A DNA stretch of 64,000 bases, taken from contig JAZDKJ010000005.1 of assembly GCA_043803105.1 (NCBI GenBank), positions 32,001-96,000 of the forward strand, in the 5' to 3' direction. The notes beneath the pieces are model-generated. The model saw only the letters and a list, made by a program, of their open reading frames with translations, ran no database searches and was not told the origin of the DNA. The DNA is from Candidatus Woesearchaeota archaeon (GTDB lineage Archaea > Nanobdellota > Nanobdellia > Woesearchaeales > JAZDKJ01). Positions 57,195 through 64,000 of the stretch are shown here, in pieces; the first letter of the stretch is position 1, and the number at the start of each line of letters is the position of its first letter. The translations under genes and the position numbers were made by a program.

Positions 57195-59129
57195 ATGGAA
57201 TTCAAAGGGTTCGTCCTTGACAAGTTCCAAGAAGAAGCAATCAGCTCGATTGAGAAAAACCATTCTGCAATAGTTTCAGCACCGACAGGAAGCGGAAAGA
57301 CACTCATAGCAGACTACATAATCGACAGGGAGCTAAAGGTCGGAAAAAGAGTGATATACACATCACCTATCAAAGCATTATCAAACCAGAAATACCATGA
57401 CTTCTGCGAAGATTATGGAGAAGAAAAAATCGGGATAATGACCGGAGACATAGTGATACGCCCTGAGGCACCGATTCTAATAATGACCACAGAAGTCTAC
57501 AGAAACAAGGCAATAGTGAGAGACGAAATGCTAAAAGAAATCAGCTATTGCATAATGGACGAAATACACTTCATAGCAGATGAAGAAAGAGGGCATGTCT
57601 GGGAAGAGTCAATCATATTTGCGCCGGAACAAACAAGGTTCCTGTTCTTGTCAGCGACTATACCCAATGCAAGAGAATTTGCATCATGGGTAACCACAAT
57701 CAAAGAACATAAGGTAGATGTTGTGGAACAAAGCGAGCGTCCTGTGCCGCTAGAAATCTCGTTCTATGACTCTGAACTTGGAATCACTACGCTTAAAAAA
57801 ATAAAAGAAAGAAAAGAGTTAGACAATATTCCTGACTATAAAGAGCTTTTTTCCAGGCATCAAAGGCATATAACAAGAATCAGGCCACCCGATCTCACTG
57901 AACTCATTACTGAACTAAGGAAACAAGAAAGATTGCCTTGCATATGCTTTGTCTTCTCAAGAGCAAAAACGCAAGAGTACGGATTAAGACTGGCAAAACA
58001 GGAGTTTTTGGGTACAGAAGAAAAAACCAAGGTTTCAATGATTGTCTCTGCAGAAATGCAAAAGCTTAGCCAGGGAGTGAAACAACTAAAGTCAACAATA
58101 AACCTTAGAAACTGCATGGCAAAGGGAGTCGCATTCCATAACGCAGGCATGCTGCCAGAGGCAAAACATCTTGTGGAAAAACTTTTTTCGATGGGACTGA
58201 TAAAAGTGCTTTTCGCAACAGAGACTTTTGCTGTAGGAATAAACATGCCTGCGCGAACAGTTGTTTTTGATTCCCTTAGGAAGTTTACAGGAACAGAGTT
58301 TCGGTCAATGAACAGCAAGGAGTTTTTCCAGCTTGCAGGAAGGGCTGGCAGAAGGGGAATAGACAAGGTGGGATATGCAATAGCAATAATCCACAGGCCA
58401 AGCGCAGACCTAGAGCAAATAGCAAAATTCACGAAGAAGGATGACATGCCCATCAAAAGCCAATTTCGGCTTTCGTATAACTCTGTCCTGAACATGATTG
58501 ACCTGCATACCAAAGAGGAGATTGAAGTAATACTAAAAATGAACTTTTTCACATTCCAGGAGACCAAAGGCAACAAGAGAATGGTAAGCCACATAAGGGC
58601 AAGGTTTGACAATCTTGCAAAGGAACTACACAAAATGAAGTATGTGGAAAATGGGAAACTAACAGCGCTTGGCAGGTTCACAACAAAGATATTTTCCAAC
58701 GAAATAGAAATATCACAATTGTTTGCTGCAACAAACCATGAATTTGACGAATATGACATGCTTTTGACACTTGGGAGCTTGGTCTATGAAGAAAAAAAAG
58801 AGCATCAATTCGAGGCAACCTATCCAACGAAAAAAATCAACAGATTGATGCTGCTGGTACAATCCAATCCATACCTGCGAAAGCACGAATGGATAAAAAA
58901 TATGGAGAAAATAACAGCAATATTGTACCCAACATACCAGCAGAAGAAATTTGAGGACATAATGAAAAACACCAACATGCCTGAGGGCGACCTGATAAGG
59001 TTTTTTGGACAGCTAACTGACAAACTGGAACAGATAGACAGGGCCTCAACTGACAGCAGGCAAAGGCAGATAGTAAGGAATTGCAAGCATCTGATAAAGA
59101 ATACTCTTTCTGGAATACAGGTACTGTAA
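57195..59129 (+). CDS. Ski2/HelY-like DExH RNA helicase
   Basis: APTGSGKT, SPIKALSNQK, DEIH, LSAT, TETFAVGINMPA, Q.AGRAGRRG, C-terminal EGD.IR. Confidence 0.93.
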   Translation: MEFKGFVLDKFQEEAISSIEKNHSAIVSAPTGSGKTLIADYIIDRELKVGKRVIYTSPIKALSNQKYHDFCEDYGEEKIGIMTGDIVIRPEAPILIMTTEVYRNKAIVRDEMLKEISYCIMDEIHFIADEERGHVWEESIIFAPEQTRFLFLSATIPNAREFASWVTTIKEHKVDVVEQSERPVPLEISFYDSELGITTLKKIKERKELDNIPDYKELFSRHQRHITRIRPPDLTELITELRKQERLPCICFVFSRAKTQEYGLRLAKQEFLGTEEKTKVSMIVSAEMQKLSQGVKQLKSTINLRNCMAKGVAFHNAGMLPEAKHLVEKLFSMGLIKVLFATETFAVGINMPARTVVFDSLRKFTGTEFRSMNSKEFFQLAGRAGRRGIDKVGYAIAIIHRPSADLEQIAKFTKKDDMPIKSQFRLSYNSVLNMIDLHTKEEIEVILKMNFFTFQETKGNKRMVSHIRARFDNLAKELHKMKYVENGKLTALGRFTTKIFSNEIEISQLFAATNHEFDEYDMLLTLGSLVYEEKKEHQFEATYPTKKINRLMLLVQSNPYLRKHEWIKNMEKITAILYPTYQQKKFEDIMKNTNMPEGDLIRFFGQLTDKLEQIDRASTDSRQRQIVRNCKHLIKNTLSGIQVL

Positions 59130-59170
59130 ATTCAACTGGCAGTAATCCAATAGATCGCTTTCTGCAAAAC

Positions 59171-59212
59171 ATTTATATATAAGTTTATATAAAAATATAT
59201 AAATTTATATAA
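59171..59212 (+). promoter_or_regulatory. AT-rich promoter/operator with iterated TTTATAT units
   Basis: ATTTATATAT AAGTTTATAT AAAAATATAT AAATTTATAT: ~10-bp periodic repeats directly before the RHH gene. Confidence 0.55.
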
Positions 59213-59213
59213 C

Positions 59214-59354
59214 ATGACCAGAAAGACAATTTCGCTGTCAGTGGACGACAGGGTGCATGCAGAATACATGGCACTATGCAAGAAGAATGGCATAGTCATG
59301 TCCAAGCAGATAGAGAACTTCATGCAGGAGATAATTAACCGGTTCAGAAAATGA
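59214..59354 (+). CDS. Ribbon-helix-helix DNA-binding protein (46 aa, below the ORF-track cutoff)
   Basis: MTRKTISLSVDDRVHAEYMALCKKNGIVMSKQIENFMQEIINRFRK; ATGA overlap with the subtilase gene. Confidence 0.85.
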   Translation: MTRKTISLSVDDRVHAEYMALCKKNGIVMSKQIENFMQEIINRFRK

Positions 59355-62300
59355 AGTGCATCTACCTTGTTGTCCTCATAATACTTCTCTGCAGTACAGC
59401 CTACGCTATTGAGATAGACAAAGGGGTTTATGATGAGCTTGGCAAAAGAGGAAGTGCATCTGTAATCGTTGAGCTCAATGACATAAAAACGCCAGGGACA
59501 CAACTTCAAGCAAGAAAAGTCGGGATAGAGCAGGCAATAGACAACACTCTTAAGAGACTGAAGAACCAGAACGGAACAATAAGAGTCATCCACGAATTCG
59601 GGAATGTGAATGCCTTTGTTGGAAATATCAGTTACGAAGCGTTATCAAAACTTGCGACAGACAGCGGCATTAAGAGCATACACCTCAAAGAAACACTGCA
59701 CATCCAACTGGCAGACACCAGGGAACAGATAAAGGCTGACGAGGCGCAAGGACTTGAGCTAGGTGGCCTTGGGATTGATGGCAGGGGGCAGACAGTGTGC
59801 TTACTTGACACAGGAGTGGACTACACGCACGAGAACCTTGGTGGAGGATATGGAATCAAGGTGATTGACGGCCATGACTATGTGAACAACGACAATGACC
59901 CGATGGATGACAATGGGCATGGAACACACGTGGCAGGGATAATCATCTCAAACCACACCACCTACAGGGGCATTGCACCTGGTGCAAAGATAGTGGCAGT
60001 AAAGGTCTGCAAAAGCAACGGAGACTGCGACAATGACAAAATCATAGCCGGAATGGACTGGTGCCTGAACAATGCGAGCAAATACAACATCTCGGCAATA
60101 AGTATCAGCATAGGAGACGGAGAAGCGTACAACAGGAGCACCTGTCCGACATGGATGGACGATGCACTAAACCAGGCAAGAGCACAAAACATAGTGGTGA
60201 GCGTGAGTTCAGGCAATGACTTCAACAAGGGCGGAATATCATACCCTGCGTGCTCGCCAAACACAACCTCAGTTGGGGCAGCATCAAAGGACAACAGCAT
60301 CACAGACTATTCAAACACAGCAAGCATACTCGACCTTATCGCTCCAGGTGGCGCACCAGGAAATGAGGTAAGGTCCACAAACCTGGGAGGGGGGTTTGCA
60401 GAAAGGTTTGGAACCTCGATGGCAGCGCCGCACGTGGCGGCAACGGTTGCACTACTCAAAGAATTCTACAGATTACAGGAAGGCAGTGTGCTAATGGCAG
60501 ATAGAGCAATAGCTGCAATGAAACAAAGCGGGACAAATATCACAGACAGCGGAAACGGGCTTGTGTTCCCATTAGTCAATGCCTATGACGCAATAAATCA
60601 ATTAGACAACAGAACTCCGATAATAAACCTGAGCCCTGAGAACGGATTCACAACCAAGAACCTAAGTTACACAATAAGGGCAACAAGCAACGAAGTGCTA
60701 AGAACTGCAATACTTGAGTGGAACGGCACAAACCTGACAATGCAGGGAAAGGGCAGGCTGTGGAACTACACAGTAACAGGAAGCACAGAGATGAGATACA
60801 AAGTCATTGCAAATGATTCTGCCAACAATTTCGGGATTTCCTCAGTCAATACAATGACCCTAAACGACTCAGCTCCAATAATCACTAACCATTATCCTTT
60901 GGCAAACAAGAGTGTCAAGGAGCCACTGAACGCAAGCTTCAACATCAGCTATGTTGAACCGAACGGCCAGGCTGTGCAGATAAACTGGTATAAGAATAAT
61001 GCAATGGTATCGAACACAACAAAGTACAATTTCCCTGGAAGCTATAGCAGCGCAGGCAACTACACAATAAAGGTAGTGCTAAATGACAGCCACTACGCGA
61101 CAATAATGGAATGGCGACTCTCTGTCAACAACACAAACAGAAAACCGACAATAGCTGCTGCGTGGATTAGCCCCACAAGGCCGGGAGACAACTCAAGCCT
61201 GAGATGCAACAACGGCAGCATCACAGATGAAGACAATGACAACATTACATTATTCTATGATTGGTACAATGGAAGCTGGAGAGGAATAAACAACCCAATA
61301 TTGATGGAAGGCAACACGAGCTGGCAGAGCAGGTGGAACTGCTCAATAAAGGCGTTTGACGGAACAGAAAACTCGACAGCAAAGGTCTCAGCTTCAGTTA
61401 TAATCAACAACACCGCACCAGCAATCATTGCTAGCAATCCGGCAGACAATCGTATCTCAATCAAGGAACCGAACAACCAGACATTCAATGTAACGGTAGC
61501 GGACAACGATCCCATAACTTTTGTTTGGACAATTAACGGGACAGATACAGGAAGCCAAGGCAGTTATGAATTCAAAGGCAATTACAGCTCAAAGGGAAGC
61601 TATGCAATAGGCGTTGTGGCAGGCGACGGCAGCCTTAATACAAGCAGGAGCTGGACTCTTGTAGTCAACCACACAAACAGGCAGCCAGAACAGACGCAAG
61701 AGCTAGTCACACAAAAACTGTACCTGAGAGAGAACAATACAATCAACCTCAGCCTATACTTCAGAGACCCTGACGGTGACAGCCTAAATTACAGCGCCTG
61801 GTCAACAAACATTACTGTCACAATAAGTTCAGGCATAGCAACCATCAAGGCAGGCAACCAGACTGGCAGTTTTCTTGCAAGCATTAATGCAAGCGACGGA
61901 CTGCTCAAGAAGGAAAACAGCTTCAACGTGACAGTGACAAAGGACAAGGACGGGGATAATCACAACTCAATAAACAGTGGAGGGGATGACTGCAATGACA
62001 ACCAAGCAGACATCTATCCCGGGGCAAGCTGCTCGTCAGAGTGCTACAGCGGGACCTACAGCGACCAATGTGCGTGCACAGGTGGCAGGAACACATGCAG
62101 GTCATCTGGGGGCGGAGGCGGCGGCGGAGGCAGCGCTGCAACGAAGCTTGCAGGCACTTCACGGTATTTTGATAGTATAGAACCTGGACTGGAGGTAAGG
62201 GTTTACACAGACATAGCAATAAGTGCTGTAGTGTTTGCAACCAACAAGCCAAAAACAGGTGTGACAATATCAGTAAAGGAAAGCAAACTCAACAGGACAG

Positions 62301-62926
62301 AAGAGGTGTACCAATACCTGCAGATTGACCATCAAAACCTTGAGGAGAGCGACATAGACCACTTGACATTAATCTTCAAAGTGAACAACTCATGGCTAAA
62401 AGACCGGGGACAGGTGTTATTGAAAAGAAGGGTGCAAAACCAATGGGAGAGGCTCAATACCACAAAGATAAATCAAACAGCAGAATACTCATTTTATAGT
62501 GCTGTGAGCAAAGGCTTGTCAGTATTTGCTATAACCGCAGAGAAGCGCATGCCTCAAAGCGCAAGCACTATGATCAAAGAGGCACCCGAACCGCAGCAAA
62601 TAATCACAGAAAAACCAGTGCAATATACAAGCGAACCAACACCGGAATCAACACAGCCTGCAAAAGAGACAAAATGGTCAACGAGTATCACAGGTGTAGT
62701 ACTAACGATTCTAGCTTGCATAATAGTCATCTCAATAGCTGCACAAAGAAGAGGGGCAAACCTCGGAGAGCTTGACAGGTACCTCGACACAAGGCTTGCG
62801 GCAGGAGAGAACGCGGAAGATATAAAGACCAAACTAAGGGTAGAAGGCTGGCCGGAAGAAATAATCGAAAAGCAGCTAACAAAGGTGAGGGGAAAGAATT
62901 CAGCCCAGGTCATCGATATTAATTAG
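59351..62926 (+). CDS. Secreted S8 subtilase with Ig/cadherin-like repeats, a PGF-pre-PGF-like domain and a C-terminal TM anchor
   Basis: Signal peptide; triad LDTG / HGTH / GTSMA; DPDGD and D.DGD..DCND...IYPGA motifs; many N-X-S/T sequons. Confidence 0.93.
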   Translation: MKCIYLVVLIILLCSTAYAIEIDKGVYDELGKRGSASVIVELNDIKTPGTQLQARKVGIEQAIDNTLKRLKNQNGTIRVIHEFGNVNAFVGNISYEALSKLATDSGIKSIHLKETLHIQLADTREQIKADEAQGLELGGLGIDGRGQTVCLLDTGVDYTHENLGGGYGIKVIDGHDYVNNDNDPMDDNGHGTHVAGIIISNHTTYRGIAPGAKIVAVKVCKSNGDCDNDKIIAGMDWCLNNASKYNISAISISIGDGEAYNRSTCPTWMDDALNQARAQNIVVSVSSGNDFNKGGISYPACSPNTTSVGAASKDNSITDYSNTASILDLIAPGGAPGNEVRSTNLGGGFAERFGTSMAAPHVAATVALLKEFYRLQEGSVLMADRAIAAMKQSGTNITDSGNGLVFPLVNAYDAINQLDNRTPIINLSPENGFTTKNLSYTIRATSNEVLRTAILEWNGTNLTMQGKGRLWNYTVTGSTEMRYKVIANDSANNFGISSVNTMTLNDSAPIITNHYPLANKSVKEPLNASFNISYVEPNGQAVQINWYKNNAMVSNTTKYNFPGSYSSAGNYTIKVVLNDSHYATIMEWRLSVNNTNRKPTIAAAWISPTRPGDNSSLRCNNGSITDEDNDNITLFYDWYNGSWRGINNPILMEGNTSWQSRWNCSIKAFDGTENSTAKVSASVIINNTAPAIIASNPADNRISIKEPNNQTFNVTVADNDPITFVWTINGTDTGSQGSYEFKGNYSSKGSYAIGVVAGDGSLNTSRSWTLVVNHTNRQPEQTQELVTQKLYLRENNTINLSLYFRDPDGDSLNYSAWSTNITVTISSGIATIKAGNQTGSFLASINASDGLLKKENSFNVTVTKDKDGDNHNSINSGGDDCNDNQADIYPGASCSSECYSGTYSDQCACTGGRNTCRSSGGGGGGGGSAATKLAGTSRYFDSIEPGLEVRVYTDIAISAVVFATNKPKTGVTISVKESKLNRTEEVYQYLQIDHQNLEESDIDHLTLIFKVNNSWLKDRGQVLLKRRVQNQWERLNTTKINQTAEYSFYSAVSKGLSVFAITAEKRMPQSASTMIKEAPEPQQIITEKPVQYTSEPTPESTQPAKETKWSTSITGVVLTILACIIVISIAAQRRGANLGELDRYLDTRLAAGENAEDIKTKLRVEGWPEEIIEKQLTKVRGKNSAQVIDIN

Positions 62927-63511
62927 CGGCACAATTGAACCTTCAGGCAACCTTGGGCAGGCAGTATTGACAAAACAGTCAACAAAATTGAAATCCTGCA
63001 GAGAATCCAGGTCAAAAGTATTGTCAATGAAGACATAAGATTTCTTGGCCAGCTTTTCGGAAAGCGCAAAGGCTTGCTTCAGATGCTCCTGGCCAGGCTT
63101 AGTACTTACAAGAAAGCCTAGAGTGGAAGAGCGCAGAAATTTTATCTTGGCAAGCTGCTTCTGCCTCAACAATGCTTGAACTGAAGAATCATCAATCCCA
63201 GAAAGCCTTGAATCAAAAGGGTTGAAGACAAATACGGGCTTTTTAGTCTTCATCTTTATCATCAAAGGATGGAACTCGCCAGTGCCAACAAAGAGAAAGG
63301 AATTGACCTTGGCTTTTTCTGCCTTAGAAACATCGCAACCTAGTACAGAACCTATAAGGATGGAACCCTTGAGCTTCCTTGAAAGAGCCTTTACCTGGGC
63401 CTCATACTGGACTGTTGTAACAAGGCCAACTGGCTTGGGAAAATCCTTGAACATGAAAAGATTAAGGTTGACCTTTTGCAGACTCGATGCTTTGATGAAA
63501 AGGGTTTTCAT
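62900..63511 (-). CDS. Short diphthamide biosynthesis Dph2-like protein
   Basis: TTVQY, GSVLGC, G.GEFHP, STKPGQ, NTACPR; only 203 aa. Confidence 0.8.
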   Translation of the reverse strand: MKTLFIKASSLQKVNLNLFMFKDFPKPVGLVTTVQYEAQVKALSRKLKGSILIGSVLGCDVSKAEKAKVNSFLFVGTGEFHPLMIKMKTKKPVFVFNPFDSRLSGIDDSSVQALLRQKQLAKIKFLRSSTLGFLVSTKPGQEHLKQAFALSEKLAKKSYVFIDNTFDLDSLQDFNFVDCFVNTACPRLPEGSIVPLINIDDLG

Positions 63512-63544
63512 GAGTTGATGAATATGTAGAATGTTAATATAGGT

Positions 63545-63958
63545 TTATAAATCCTCTTCTGAGATTACGCTAATCCCGTTTTTCTTAAGCAAGGCGGTGG
63601 TGACACCGTCTCCCTCAAGCGATTTGCCAGAAAATGTTCCATCAGGAATCCTACCTGAACCGCAAGAAGGGCTTGCTTGCTTAAGGATTGCCTCCTTGAC
63701 ACCAAACAGCTTGGCAAGCTTCAAGGTCTCGGTTGCGCCTGCAACAAACTGAATTGTTACATCCTTGCCTGACTTAGAGAAAACCTTAGCGCCGTGCTGC
63801 TCTGAAGGCTCCCTTGGTGTGGGCAGGCCGCCCAACTGTTCTGGACAAACAGGGATCAAGATTTCTTTTCTTAGCAGCTGCAGAACTTTTTCACAAGGTT
63901 TGCTCTTGCCATCCCACCTGCAAGTTACGCCCAATAAACATGCGCTACATAGCTTCAT
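63545..63958 (-). CDS. DUF523 / 2-thiouracil desulfurase-family Fe-S protein
   Basis: SACLLG..CRWDG, CPE..GGL.TPR, K..SPSCG, G.GVT. Confidence 0.9.
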   Translation of the reverse strand: MKLCSACLLGVTCRWDGKSKPCEKVLQLLRKEILIPVCPEQLGGLPTPREPSEQHGAKVFSKSGKDVTIQFVAGATETLKLAKLFGVKEAILKQASPSCGSGRIPDGTFSGKSLEGDGVTTALLKKNGISVISEEDL

Positions 63959-64000
63959 AGTCATCAGGAGAGTCCATGGCAATTTAAATCTTGCTAAGCC

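Noticed and set aside
1-64000. tRNA, rRNA, IS/transposase, integrase or intein
   Set aside because: None was recognised by eye. NrdD, helicase and primase lengths leave no room for inteins.

Overview
This is an archaeal chromosome segment, most likely DPANN (Woesearchaeota-like). The evidence is a fused PriS-PriL primase, an archaeal L3-to-SecY ribosomal cluster with S4e/L32e/L19e/SUI1/Rnp1, an N-terminally extended S14 and TATA/BRE promoters. Main blocks: (1) a dNTP-supply operon of two tandem class III RNR (NrdD) paralogs flanking an MtrA-like/ThyA/DUF4346 fusion, then a thioredoxin, a 24-aa sORF and NrdG; (2) an accessory stretch with metal transporters, ORFans and a Lon-like protease; (3) several intact but catalytically degenerate or truncated enzymes; (4) the ribosomal protein cluster behind a structured leader; (5) a PspC/Lia-like membrane-stress locus; (6) uvrA/uvrC/uvrB interrupted by an AT-rich type IB topoisomerase-like gene; (7) an RHH-subtilase pair. 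The most striking unexplained element is a ~240-nt minus-strand structured RNA candidate (15066-15305). It has its own BRE/TATA, a terminal closing stem, three tetraloop-capped hairpins on a 65-nt period, U-rich linkers and two copies of the anti-Shine-Dalgarno sequence. All calls come from reading motifs by eye; no searches or folding programs were run.
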